From the UHGV virus genome UHGV-0124967: a stretch of DNA of 52,734 nt; one strand, 5' to 3'. A program made the position numbers and the translations under genes. Below are positions 36,020 to 45,005 of the stretch, piece by piece (position 1 is the stretch's first letter; the number at the start of each line of letters is the position of its first letter). A model generated the notes under the pieces. The model was not told the DNA's origin and searched no databases. It worked only from the letters and a program-made list of their open reading frames with translations. The DNA is from a virus.

Positions 36020-36500
36020 TTGGATCGTACCTCTTATCACGAATAGCTTCAGCTCTATCAAACTTCAAATCAAGTCGAGTTGAAATGCAACCACATTGAG
36101 GGTTAAGCATAGAAGGCGGCAATCCCTTACAACTGGTTATAGCTTCATCTTTTATTAATCCACCATTCAGCGGCATATCAAAAACAGCCTGTTTCTTTCT
36201 TTGTTCTTCCTCACGTTCCGTTAATATTTGCTCAGCTTTTAGCGCGTTATAGCTAATTAAATCAATTAGTGTGTCTGTCGGATCGCTGTTATTGCTCAAA
36301 ATAGCCTCTAAACGCGCCTCCTTGAGACAAATTAGCAGATCCCATACATCAAGCGTGGTTAAATCTGCCCCCTTCTTAGCGTTGTAAATAGTGGCTATTT
36401 TTGGCGCTGATTTTTCCTCTTTTTTGTCGTAGCCGTTTTGCTTACCTCTTTGCTCTATGGTTTCTGATGCAAGTCTTAATAAATCTGCTGCCTTAGTCAT
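36000..36500 (-). CDS. hypothetical protein, 166 aa
   Basis: Track ORF; overlaps Dam end by 8 nt. Confidence 0.5.
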   Translation of the reverse strand: MTKAADLLRLASETIEQRGKQNGYDKKEEKSAPKIATIYNAKKGADLTTLDVWDLLICLKEARLEAILSNNSDPTDTLIDLISYNALKAEQILTEREEEQRKKQAVFDMPLNGGLIKDEAITSCKGLPPSMLNPQCGCISTRLDLKFDRAEAIRDKRYDPNEKGDN

Positions 36501-37032
36501 TATTTGCGCCTCTCGCGTATAGCTCTTTACGTGTTATCTGCGTGAAAATACATTCATGTCTGCACCGTGGATGCCAGATCAAGAACAAGCTCCCTTTATT
36601 GTTTCCGCTTGCTGGTTTCCCTGTCGCGGCATTTATAAAAGCCAGCCGCCCGCGCGTAATTAATCGGCATTCGTTTGCCGTCTCCACGCCGTTCATAAAC
36701 CAGTTAACAGAAATGTCAGCGGGCAATAACATTACACAGCCAATGTGATTTCGTTGATGTTCAAGCGCCGCCTTATCAACGAATGGCCCCGGATTAGAAT
36801 ATGGCGGATTCATCCAGACATACTCACCAGGCATCGCCACCGCTCCCCACGGATAATGGAGCGTGTCCATTTCTTCGGTTATATATCGCGGTATTAATGC
36901 GTTTGCCTTGTTTGCCGCCACATCCGCGACGAATTCGAATTCCAGATCCATTCCTCTAAAAACAGGTTTCGGCGTCTGCCATAGGTCTTTTATTTCTTTC
37001 GGCGTGTTGCTGCCGCCGTAATCATTTTTCAT
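36493..37032 (-). CDS. DNA N6-adenine methyltransferase (phage Dam-like)
   Basis: 179 aa; catalytic motif WMNPPYS. Confidence 0.85.
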   Translation of the reverse strand: MKNDYGGSNTPKEIKDLWQTPKPVFRGMDLEFEFVADVAANKANALIPRYITEEMDTLHYPWGAVAMPGEYVWMNPPYSNPGPFVDKAALEHQRNHIGCVMLLPADISVNWFMNGVETANECRLITRGRLAFINAATGKPASGNNKGSLFLIWHPRCRHECIFTQITRKELYARGANND

Positions 37033-37041
37033 TACGCCCCC

Positions 37042-37293
37042 TTAGAAATAATCCTGATCAGTTCCCCATCGGTTGTTTAAATACCCCACCAGCCAGACAA
37101 AACGCTCGATACTGATTAGCGGGGCGACCTTGCGATAATGCTTGTCTAATATCAGCCGCGTGGCTTTATCGCTGTAGCCGTTCTTTTCCACCTCCGCTTT
37201 GCAGGCCGAAAGCGCCGCGCGGGCGGCAGTTTTTACGGCGTTAAATTGCGGCTCTGACATATTGAATAAAGCCATAGGATCACCATGTATCAT
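37042..37293 (-). CDS. hypothetical protein, 83 aa
   Basis: Track ORF with ATG. Confidence 0.5.
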   Translation of the reverse strand: MIHGDPMALFNMSEPQFNAVKTAARAALSACKAEVEKNGYSDKATRLILDKHYRKVAPLISIERFVWLVGYLNNRWGTDQDYF

Positions 37294-37477
37294 CCCAATC
37301 CGGCGCGGCAGTCAAGCAAAAACCAATGAATGCGCTCACAGCCAATAAAGCGCGGGCTGCAAAAAGAATATTCCCAATGTCGTTAAATTCAGGCAGCGAC
37401 CACGTAATAAACATACCCCCCAGCATAATAACACCGATAACAGTCAGGGCCGCCAGGAAAACAAAAAGCGTAGCCAA
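37280..37477 (-). CDS. putative membrane protein; start uncertain (TTG 37477 or ATG 37426)
   Basis: Hydrophobic throughout. Confidence 0.35.
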   Translation of the reverse strand: MATLFVFLAALTVIGVIMLGGMFITWSLPEFNDIGNILFAARALLAVSAFIGFCLTAAPDWDDTW

Positions 37478-37518
37478 AAGCCACGCCCCCCAACCAGTTA
37501 AAAAAGCTCTTAAGCATT

Positions 37519-37722
37519 TTAAACGTCCTCAATTACCCCGCCTTTCACGCGCTCTTTAATATCCCATACGTGAGGCTTGCACATTTCTTGATAGTAGTGA
37601 TCCGGCCTGCTGCCGAAATACCATTTGCCATCCATATAAAAATAAACGCCAGAAAAATTTCCTGGTGCTGCCTTTGTCGCTGCTTCTGGAATTTTCCATT
37701 CTTTATAGTGTTTAAACTTCAT
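37519..37722 (-). CDS. hypothetical protein, 67 aa
   Basis: Track ORF with ATG. Confidence 0.45.
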   Translation of the reverse strand: MKFKHYKEWKIPEAATKAAPGNFSGVYFYMDGKWYFGSRPDHYYQEMCKPHVWDIKERVKGGVIEDV

Positions 37723-37906
37723 GAGCTTTTAAATAACCTCTTCTGAATGCTTTGATGTAAAGTCCTAGCCTTCTTATATGCTGAACGCCATCAATGAGGC
37801 GCACTAAATAAATCGCCCCGTTTGCGTCAGATACAAAACTACAACCAAAACCAATGCCTACTAACTTCAGGTTTTCAGGTATTCTATAATCAGTTTCCTG
37901 TTCCAT
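37712..37906 (-). CDS. hypothetical protein, 64 aa
   Basis: GAGGTGAGG RBS. Confidence 0.45.
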   Translation of the reverse strand: MEQETDYRIPENLKLVGIGFGCSFVSDANGAIYLVRLIDGVQHIRRLGLYIKAFRRGYLKAHEV

Positions 37907-38322
37907 GCCTCACCTCATATGGTATTCAATAAACCACCTAATAAACAGGCATAAGGCAATAAAACACCAGCAACAGCACATATAAAACAATGTGTCGTCC
38001 ATAATTAAGCCTCAATAACACCATAATCAAACGTGCCTAAATACTGTTCGATACTTACAACCTCAATACCATCAATGCACCGTTTCTACACAGACACCCT
38101 GCTTTCATTTTCCCGGAAGTGCATATTAGAAAGCACTTCATCGGCTGGATAGCCTTTCCCAGCGACGTAGGCATCGAGACCTACTCCACCCTCAACACAA
38201 TAAAGCATTAATTCGCTGGCCATCTTGTTTTCCTCCGCGCCGTAAACCTTTTGATTTCAGTTCACAAAACGGATTCGCGATCACAACACAAAATGTATTT
38301 TTATGTGATCGCCATCACTATG

Positions 38323-38943
38323 TTAATGAAGTACGCGTTTTTCATGTTCTGGCATTGGCTGTGCGTCTTTCCGCGCGTCATTAAGCACGGCTACAGCCGC
38401 CTGCACACCGAAATCATTTGCACGCATATCATTGCCAACCATTTCGCCGTAAAATAATGGCATAAGATGTTTAACATCTTCTTCTTCGTAGCCATCATCA
38501 ATGAATTTCTGTAATAAATTAACCTCAAATAGTTTTTTCATAATGCCGCGCATAGAATACAGCGCAACGCTACCCATATGATTTTCATCTAACGGGAAAA
38601 TAACAGCACTTCCGAACGCCAGTGGGTCAACTTCTTCCGGCACTGGTACGCGACCATATTCTTCTTCCATTCGTTTTACGAAAGTAAGGCAGAAGACATA
38701 ACGAGCTACAGCCGTTTTTTCTTCAGCACTTAAAGACACATAATCGCGGATCAACGCATCCATCATAATATCAACAATCTGTAATGCCAGATTCAAATCA
38801 GCGTCATACTTGCCAGCTTCCATATCTTTCAATACTTCGTGATAATCTTTAATTTCCACTTTATGAAAACTTGCGTCTTCAGTGTAGCGAGTGATTAACA
38901 TGCCTTCGCTGTCGAGTGAATAAGCTGTTTTGATGTCGTTCAT
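38323..38943 (-). CDS. hypothetical protein, 206 aa
   Basis: Track ORF; acidic; followed by 416-bp gap. Confidence 0.55.
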   Translation of the reverse strand: MNDIKTAYSLDSEGMLITRYTEDASFHKVEIKDYHEVLKDMEAGKYDADLNLALQIVDIMMDALIRDYVSLSAEEKTAVARYVFCLTFVKRMEEEYGRVPVPEEVDPLAFGSAVIFPLDENHMGSVALYSMRGIMKKLFEVNLLQKFIDDGYEEEDVKHLMPLFYGEMVGNDMRANDFGVQAAVAVLNDARKDAQPMPEHEKRVLH

Positions 38944-38954
38944 GATATTTATCC

Positions 38955-39287
38955 TTATAACGGGTGATGCCAGCGCATTTCAGTTTCTGAATTAAACGGG
39001 ATACCTTCTCTTGAAAGGAATAAATCACGCTCCCGCTTCAGTTCTTCCGGGCTTATTTCTATTTCATCAATCTGACCGAACGATCCCGGCATCATTCGTT
39101 TTAAATCAGATAGCGGACGCATAAGGCAGCAACCACGTAACAGCATATCGACCGCGAATTGTCGCCGACCGCCAGCGTCATTGAATCGCCTCGAATAAGG
39201 CACAACCACGATCCTGCGTTCGAATTCAATAAATAGCGATAGCTTGTTTGTGTTAGCGTCATACGCTTTATAGAATTTAATTTTCAT
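38955..39287 (-). CDS. hypothetical protein, 110 aa
   Basis: Track ORF; ATGA overlap with upstream gene. Confidence 0.5.
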   Translation of the reverse strand: MKIKFYKAYDANTNKLSLFIEFERRIVVVPYSRRFNDAGGRRQFAVDMLLRGCCLMRPLSDLKRMMPGSFGQIDEIEISPEELKRERDLFLSREGIPFNSETEMRWHHPL

Positions 39288-39469
39288 CCCAGCACCTCTA
39301 CATATTGTTCAAGATGCCATTGGCCCACCTCTTCGTAATCTTCATCGAATATTGTTACCTGACCACCAGGGCCGAAATAAAACTCAGTAGCAATAAATTC
39401 ATAACTGAACCACGCGCGGAGTTTTTCGCCGCCTTTCAGGTGCTTTACCTTCACTAATTTTATAGCCAT
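39284..39469 (-). CDS. hypothetical protein, 61 aa
   Basis: Track ORF. Confidence 0.45.
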   Translation of the reverse strand: MAIKLVKVKHLKGGEKLRAWFSYEFIATEFYFGPGGQVTIFDEDYEEVGQWHLEQYVEVLG

Positions 39470-39732
39470 ACGCCAAACATCCCATTCAGACCAGCGAACA
39501 ACCGCCGCCAGTGGTTTTCAACATAAGCCCGGAACGGCTTAACGCGAACATTGCGGGCCTTCAGTTCAATCTTGTCGAAGAAACGCGGCTCTATAATTGT
39601 TCCGTCCAGATATTTAACCAGGATCGGGCGCTCAAGATCGTTATATGTCTTGTTCAGCACAACCAGACCAGGGTCACTACGATATTCAGGCAAAACAACA
39701 AGATCGCCCTCTTTTACATTCCAAGTAACCAT
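39460..39732 (-). CDS. hypothetical protein, 90 aa
   Basis: ATG 39732 overlaps stop of upstream peptide gene by 1 nt. Confidence 0.5.
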   Translation of the reverse strand: MVTWNVKEGDLVVLPEYRSDPGLVVLNKTYNDLERPILVKYLDGTIIEPRFFDKIELKARNVRVKPFRAYVENHWRRLFAGLNGMFGVWL

Positions 39733-39851
39733 CACATCACCACCTTACCAATAAAAGCCAATACCGCAGCAAGTGCTCCGCAAAATACAATCGTAAACAG
39801 GAAACAAATAACGCAAAACGCGACCGTCACAATATCCTTACCGACTTTCAT
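39732..39851 (-). CDS. putative small membrane peptide, 39 aa
   Basis: MKVGKDIVTVAFCVICFLFTIVFCGALAAVLAFIGKVVM; ATG 39851 with TGAGGT RBS. Confidence 0.35.
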   Translation of the reverse strand: MKVGKDIVTVAFCVICFLFTIVFCGALAAVLAFIGKVVM

Positions 39852-39859
39852 GATTAACC

Positions 39860-39973
39860 TCACATATTAGTAATCAGTTTTATGATCGCTACCGCGATAT
39901 AAAGCGAAGCGGCAAGATAAGCAACCGCTATTGCAACCCCTGCGGCTAACGCTGCTATTTTTATCATGTTCAT
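39860..39973 (-). CDS. putative small membrane peptide, 37 aa
   Basis: MNMIKIAALAAGVAIAVAYLAASLYIAVAIIKLITNM; ATG 39973 with GGAGG 9 nt upstream. Confidence 0.35.
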   Translation of the reverse strand: MNMIKIAALAAGVAIAVAYLAASLYIAVAIIKLITNM

Positions 39974-40194
39974 TTTTCAGCCTCCGCAATGAATTTATCC
40001 AGCCATTTGTTATTTGCCAGGCGTTCTGAGTCTTCGCCAAATGATTTACGATCGCTTAATTCCTGGCGCGTTGGGAAATTCCAGTGGTCATGCCATCCAG
40101 CCGATGTTTCGAATTCATACAAGCCGCCGCTAAAAGTAACAAGCTCATCAGCACCGTCCGGCATTTCCTTATCAACTTCTTTACCTTCGATCAT
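39970..40194 (-). CDS. hypothetical acidic protein, 74 aa
   Basis: ATG 40194 with TGAGGT RBS (track ORF extends to 40422 in same frame). Confidence 0.45.
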   Translation of the reverse strand: MIEGKEVDKEMPDGADELVTFSGGLYEFETSAGWHDHWNFPTRQELSDRKSFGEDSERLANNKWLDKFIAEAEK

Positions 40195-40207
40195 GATTAA
40201 TACCTCA

Positions 40208-40486
40208 TTAATCGTTAATAACCTGGCCCATACGCCCGCGATATTTGCGCATACGTGGATCGACATATTCAGGCCAATGCATATCCGGTTTTCTTTGCAG
40301 TGGGTAAAAACTTGCCTGCCAGTTGTCGAACCATATTTGCTTTGCGTACAGGTCACTAAATCTTTTTGCCATCCGATCCGCTGCCGTGCCGCATAAAAAA
40401 AGCCCGCGATCGATTTGATCACGGGCTTCTTTTAATACTTGCTCTTTTGTTCGTGGTTGCGGTGGCGGTTTTAGATAATCACTCAT
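40208..40486 (-). CDS. hypothetical protein, 92 aa
   Basis: First ATG downstream of ssb stop (track ORF extends into ssb). Confidence 0.45.
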   Translation of the reverse strand: MSDYLKPPPQPRTKEQVLKEARDQIDRGLFLCGTAADRMAKRFSDLYAKQIWFDNWQASFYPLQRKPDMHWPEYVDPRMRKYRGRMGQVIND

Positions 40487-40502
40487 CGCTAACACATTGA
40501 TT

Positions 40503-40922
40503 CTAAAAAGGAATATCGTCGTCAAAGTCCATCGGAGGCGGATTATTCCCGTTATTATTCTGCTGCTGCGGCGGCGCTTTCTGCTGCTGTCCTTGCTGCT
40601 GGCCTTGTTGGTTAACATTCATGAATTCAAATTCGTTAACCGCCACTTCTACCGCAGTCCACTTCGTGCCGTCGTTCCGGTCATATTGCCGAACATCCAG
40701 GCGACCGCTTACCACTATTTTTCCACCCTTGCGGATATGTGGCGCTAATTTTTCCGCACGCTCGCCAAATACCAGACAAGTGATCCACATTACCCGCTTA
40801 TTATCACCGTAGCCATTCGTTACAGCTAACGGGAAGCTACCGATCGCTTTACCGCTTTGCGTGTAGCGGACTTCCATGTCATTTCCGATATTCCCGCCCA
40901 GCGTAATTGAATTTAAGCTCAT
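40503..40922 (-). CDS. ssb: single-stranded DNA-binding protein
   Basis: 139 aa; OB-fold-like N-terminus, Gln/Gly/Pro-rich linker, acidic tail ending DDDIPF. Confidence 0.9.
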   Translation of the reverse strand: MSLNSITLGGNIGNDMEVRYTQSGKAIGSFPLAVTNGYGDNKRVMWITCLVFGERAEKLAPHIRKGGKIVVSGRLDVRQYDRNDGTKWTAVEVAVNEFEFMNVNQQGQQQGQQQKAPPQQQNNNGNNPPPMDFDDDIPF

Positions 40923-41563
40923 TAACCCATCTCCCCGTTAAGCTCTGATTTTCTGATCTGGTATACATCGCTCGCTTTCTGTCGTTGCTCTGAGTTTTCA
41001 GGTAATAACTTCCAGCATTTAGCAAAAATATCTTTAAGCGCTTTTTCGTCCTGCGCTTTCGCTGCCGCATCACAGAAACGTGCTAATACTTCATCAGGAT
41101 TTGGCGGCGCTTTCTGCTGCTGCGGTTGTTGTTTTGGTGGGTTTTTCTGTTGTCGCGGCTGCTGGCCTGTCTGCTTCGCGTAATCATCAGTATCAGGATC
41201 GCGAGCATCATCTATGCAGAATAAACCGTTCAAAGCATATTTCCGCGCGTAACTTGATGTTGCTCCTGTTAGCTGGCTGGCGTCCATACCCTTCTTGCTT
41301 TCTTCCTCCCTGGCATAAGCAGTTACCGCTATTACGTCTTCACCGTCGCTTAGCGTCGCCGTGGCTTTCACATAATAGCGATTGCCGATCAGGACAATTT
41401 CATCACTAACAGTCAGTGTGATATTTTGAAGCAGTGGTTTAACCGCCTCTAAAATATCCTCCGCAGACCTGTAATTATAGCCACCGAAGTTATTACGCTG
41501 ATTTTTCGGCGCATTCAGCGTTTGCTGAATCGTCCATAGTTTTTTATGTAACTCTGTTTTCAC
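40922..41563 (-). CDS. erf: Erf-family single-strand annealing protein
   Basis: GTG start with AAGGAG RBS; closely resembles P22 Erf as recalled (LNAPKNQ...KATATLSDGE...ASQLTGATSSYARKYALNGLF). Confidence 0.9.
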   Translation of the reverse strand: MKTELHKKLWTIQQTLNAPKNQRNNFGGYNYRSAEDILEAVKPLLQNITLTVSDEIVLIGNRYYVKATATLSDGEDVIAVTAYAREEESKKGMDASQLTGATSSYARKYALNGLFCIDDARDPDTDDYAKQTGQQPRQQKNPPKQQPQQQKAPPNPDEVLARFCDAAAKAQDEKALKDIFAKCWKLLPENSEQRQKASDVYQIRKSELNGEMG

Positions 41564-41712
41564 CCTTTAATCTCCTTCGCTGTTAACACTATGTATAAGG
41601 CTTTATTCGCGGCGCTCCACATTTCGGCATCATGAAGCATTTCCGCTACCGCCAGTTTGAATTGAAGCGCCAGAATAACCATAATGTCACCTCCGAACGT
41701 TTACATTTTGTA

Positions 41713-42003
41713 TTAATGGTAGCGGACTTTATCCAGGGGTTTTTCCCCTAAATGGCGTGGTTGCGTTGCGTGGTAGTAGCTGCCGCTTTCATTTTCCGTA
41801 TACCATTTTACTGATCCTTTGCGACGTTCTTTAATGCTATTTGGTTTGCATCTTTCCTCGTTTGCAAATCGAATAGCTTTATCCACATTGTCTGTTTTAT
41901 TGATTGCAGGTGATGATTTTCTTTCGTTTTCTCTTTTTATCCTTCTGCGTTCCCTGGCATTCATTTTGCTATCACATTTGCCATATATAATTGTAACGCT
42001 CAT
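41713..42003 (-). CDS. basic protein with arginine-rich motif; possible N-like antiterminator
   Basis: 96 aa; GGAG RBS; NARERRRIKRENERK near N-terminus; first gene of the leftward operon after CI. Confidence 0.5.
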   Translation of the reverse strand: MSVTIIYGKCDSKMNARERRRIKRENERKSSPAINKTDNVDKAIRFANEERCKPNSIKERRKGSVKWYTENESGSYYHATQPRHLGEKPLDKVRYH

Positions 42004-42465
42004 AATCTGATCTCCGTATATCCTTGATAAAAATTAATAAAAATCATCTTCGTTAATTGCCGCACTTCCAGCGGCTGACCAGATTGTTAATGAGCGGCTT
42101 AACATCTTTCAACTAATCCCGCAATCATCGCCGTTCCCGGCGTGACCTTGCTCACTCCAAGCAAGCTGACTCGTCGCCTTGCGTGCGGTTTCGTGGGGGA
42201 TGTAACGCTTTAAACACCCCATGCGCCTTGTTATCAGTGCCGCTTTCGGTCCCCCATCGGGGAGTTACTCCACGGTTGACAAGGTGTTAAGCCTGATTTT
42301 TAAAGTGCCAGGAAGTTGCTTTTGTTACCTGCGACCTTCCTTTGACTCGCAATATACGCCCCGTAAAACATCGAGTCAATCCATTTTGTATACTTTTTTA
42401 AAATATTTTATATGCTATTGATATTTAAACAATAAATAACGTTTTCTGTTTACGTTTTGGCGTTT

Positions 42466-42496
42466 TCCAGGCAAAGAAAAGCCGCCATCCGGCGGC
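42466..42496 (-). terminator. intrinsic terminator after the repressor gene
   Basis: GCCGCC-ATCC-GGCGGC followed on minus strand by TTTTCTTTG, 7 nt after CI stop. Confidence 0.55.
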
Positions 42497-42502
42497 TAAT
42501 GT

Positions 42503-43150
42503 TTATGGCAGGTTTACGATCTTCGCATCAACCACCACGCCTATAATTTTTGATTCTGGATTCATAGGGATTGGCGGATACAGCGGATTGAGCGAACGTA
42601 AAAGCCTTTGACCTCCATCAATAATCAACTGTTTAAACGTCGGTATCTGCCATTCCTCAAGCTGGGCTATAACCAGTTTGCCGTCAATAGCTGGCGCGTG
42701 CGGGTCAACAAGTATCATCGTCCCCGCCGGGATGCTCAACCCCTGCGGCGCGTTCATTGATTCACCTTTGGCAACCAGCCAGTAACTGTCATCTGAACAA
42801 ATAACGCTAGTCGTAACGTGTCGTAATGCTGAACGCCTTGCGTCATCCATATTGTTTACTGTGTCCTTCCAGTCAATAACCGGGTAACTACCTAAATCAC
42901 GCGGCGGCACAGCCTGAAGTGTATTAGAAACAGAATCATCAATGACCATACCATCATGTGTAACAGTGAACTGCCGACGACCAAGCTCTCGCATAATCCG
43001 CGCAATATCTTCAAGATTTGGCTCGCGGCGACCGTTCAGCCAGTGTGACAGGTCGCCTTTAGTTATCCCCATGCGATCCGCTAGTGAATCCTGGCTCATG
43101 CCCTGCGCCCGCATGAGCTGCTTTGCTAAGTCATACCATTTTGTTTTCAT
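42503..43150 (-). CDS. CI-like repressor (HTH plus S24 LexA-like self-cleaving domain)
   Basis: 215 aa; N-terminal HTH (QDSLADRMGITKGDLSHWLNGRR), C-terminal GESM...K pattern. Confidence 0.85.
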   Translation of the reverse strand: MKTKWYDLAKQLMRAQGMSQDSLADRMGITKGDLSHWLNGRREPNLEDIARIMRELGRRQFTVTHDGMVIDDSVSNTLQAVPPRDLGSYPVIDWKDTVNNMDDARRSALRHVTTSVICSDDSYWLVAKGESMNAPQGLSIPAGTMILVDPHAPAIDGKLVIAQLEEWQIPTFKQLIIDGGQRLLRSLNPLYPPIPMNPESKIIGVVVDAKIVNLP

Positions 43151-43210
43151 GTCGCTACCCTATAACCTCAAAAAAGTTTGATGCAAGTCACAAAACGTGT
43201 ATTTTAAGCC

Positions 43211-43238
43211 TTGATCTTAAAATTCCATTTTGTAAACT
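43211..43238 (+). promoter_or_regulatory. putative rightward early promoter (pR-like)
   Basis: TTGATC (43211-43216), 16 bp, TG-n-TAAACT (43231-43238); followed by palindromes. Confidence 0.45.
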
Positions 43239-43275
43239 TGCAGACAAGGTAAGGCCATACTTGCAAAGACGCAAG
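43237..43275. promoter_or_regulatory. candidate operator palindromes
   Basis: CTTGCAGACAAG (43237-43248) and CTTGCAAAGACGCAAG (43260-43275); similar GCAAG/CTTGC half-sites at 42161-42183. Confidence 0.35.
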
Positions 43276-43456
43276 GAAAAAGATAACGGAAGGCACAAAA
43301 AGGCACTTACCTTAAGCTCTTTAAAAATCCGGTGTCGCTGCGAAGCGAAAAACAAATATCACGCAACGGCGGGATCTGTTGAGCGGTCAGTCACTGCTAT
43401 CTAATGCTAATGGGATGCCCGCCCGCGCGTTCACTCTAACCATAGGAGAAAACACG

Positions 43457-43714
43457 ATGAGTATGCACATGATGAATGAAGTATGGAACGTAAAACTTAA
43501 CAGCCCGATTCAAAAACTTGTCTTAATGGCTCTGGCTGAAAAGGCAGATAACAAAGGACGGGTACATGATGCATCACGCAAAGAAGTAGCCGCAATGTGT
43601 GAACTTCCTGTTCATACGGTACATGATGCTTTCGCCGCGTTAATGGATAAAGGATTTGTTTGTCGTCTTGATGCATTCAGTGATGTCTATGTAGTGATGT
43701 TGCCGGAGGGATGA
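43457..43714 (+). CDS. HTH DNA-binding protein, 85 aa (first gene of rightward operon)
   Basis: ATG 43457 with AGGAG RBS (track ORF begins upstream at 43379); could be a Cro-like regulator or N-terminal module of the initiator. Confidence 0.55.
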   Translation: MSMHMMNEVWNVKLNSPIQKLVLMALAEKADNKGRVHDASRKEVAAMCELPVHTVHDAFAALMDKGFVCRLDAFSDVYVVMLPEG

Positions 43715-43717
43715 TCT

Positions 43718-44770
43718 ATGAAGTGGTTTAAGCATGACAGCGATGCGAACCGCGATGAAAAACTTCAAAACGTTTTGTTAGATTATGGCCTGGAAGGGTA
43801 CGGGCTTTATTGGTATTGCCTAGAGCTAATAACTTATGACGTAGATCAGCACAATCTAACTTTTGACCTACGACATGACGCAAGAATAATTGCGCGAAAC
43901 GTCGGATCTACTGAAAAACGTATAGAAGAAATGATGAAATACTTCATCGAAATTGGTTTGTTTGAATGTTCTCAAGGCCACATAACTTGTTTAAAGTTAT
44001 TGAAAAGGCTGGACCAATCAATGACTTCTAAAAGCGCTTACAGGGCCGCCATAAACACAGCGAAGGAGCAATTAAAATTAGAAAAGTTAATCAATCCAAC
44101 ACAAAAAGGTCATGATAGGGTCATGACCGGGTCAGGAAAGGGTCATGAATTAGAATTAGAAGTAGAAAAAGAAAGAGAAAAAGATATATACACTTCGTGT
44201 ATTGTCGAAAATGAACAAAAAATGGTCAATCAGGATGGCGTAAACGAAGCGGCATTGCGTTGCCTTGCCTTCTACAACGACAAGGCAGGATGCAAATGTC
44301 GTGATGCTAAGCCATTCGTAGAACTACTGACAGAAACAAAAACACGTAAAGCGTATACGGAGAATGAGATCACGTTAGTAATTGAGTGGGCTTTAACCCA
44401 ATGGCGTAGCCGTGGTGGAGTACCTAAGCCTATCAACATTTGCCGGGTAACTAAATTTGATGGGTATCTGACTGATGCTGAACAATGGCGCAAACTGTCA
44501 GCCACTGTAAACGCTGCCGACGTGGTGGAAGCATTTAACAGCACGTTTGACGGCCTGTTACCACCTGCCGAACTGGATCGGGATCTTGAACGCAAGATCT
44601 ATGCGTTCACTGACTACCTGAAAGACAAAAGCATTAACGGCTTTGTCGCCTACTTCGAAACGTTCAAAAACACGGCTTCAGATTTTTACTTCGGCGATGG
44701 CTTCACCGCGACACTTGATTTCCTGCTTAAACCAAAAACGCTACGTGATACGCGCGCTGGCGTTCTTTGA
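43718..44770 (+). CDS. putative replication initiator / replisome organiser with internal origin
   Basis: 350 aa; GGAGGG RBS; iteron array lies inside the coding sequence, as in lambda O-type initiators. Confidence 0.6.
   Translation: MKWFKHDSDANRDEKLQNVLLDYGLEGYGLYWYCLELITYDVDQHNLTFDLRHDARIIARNVGSTEKRIEEMMKYFIEIGLFECSQGHITCLKLLKRLDQSMTSKSAYRAAINTAKEQLKLEKLINPTQKGHDRVMTGSGKGHELELEVEKEREKDIYTSCIVENEQKMVNQDGVNEAALRCLAFYNDKAGCKCRDAKPFVELLTETKTRKAYTENEITLVIEWALTQWRSRGGVPKPINICRVTKFDGYLTDAEQWRKLSATVNAADVVEAFNSTFDGLLPPAELDRDLERKIYAFTDYLKDKSINGFVAYFETFKNTASDFYFGDGFTATLDFLLKPKTLRDTRAGVL
44108..44200. repeat. putative origin of replication: four iterons plus AT-rich region
   Basis: GGTCATGA 44108-44115, GGGTCATGA 44118-44126, GGGTCAGGA 44129-44137, GGGTCATGA 44140-44148 (about 11-bp phasing), then an A/T-rich run. 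Confidence 0.55.
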
Positions 44771-44903
44771 CCAATCACGATCCGCAAAAATCCAAAATTA
44801 CCCACAAAACAACCTCACCAGCGAGCTAAATCGCATGTGGTGCTACACTTGCTTACCTTTTTGCGATTAGCTCGTTATAGAGCGTTACAGAGAGGATTTT
44901 AAA

Positions 44904-45005
44904 ATGGACGGTAAACACGTTTTCGCCCTGGCTTTTGCCATCGCTGCGGCAATCGATGTTAACGTCGCCTTGTTCGGCGGTCTGTACCTGCTAATCAATC
45001 CATAA
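44904..45005 (+). CDS. putative small membrane peptide, 33 aa
   Basis: ATG 44904 with GAGGAT RBS; MDGKHVFALAFAIAAAIDVNVALFGGLYLLINP. Confidence 0.3.
   Translation: MDGKHVFALAFAIAAAIDVNVALFGGLYLLINP

Noticed and set aside
37907-38322. Two tiny minus-strand ORFs (about 37910..38002 and 38089..38223) in the 416-bp gap of the early operon
   Set aside because: Each has a plausible RBS, but they are very short, unusual in composition, and unsupported by conservation; not listed as features.
42221-42421. 66-aa plus-strand ORF between cI and the N-like gene
   Set aside because: Lies in the presumed leftward promoter/leader region; no RBS; more likely regulatory DNA.
43123-43404. 93-aa plus-strand ORF as a possible Cro
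   Set aside because: Starts inside the cI gene and spans the promoter/operator region; no RBS; translation not Cro-like. The first convincing rightward gene starts at 43457.
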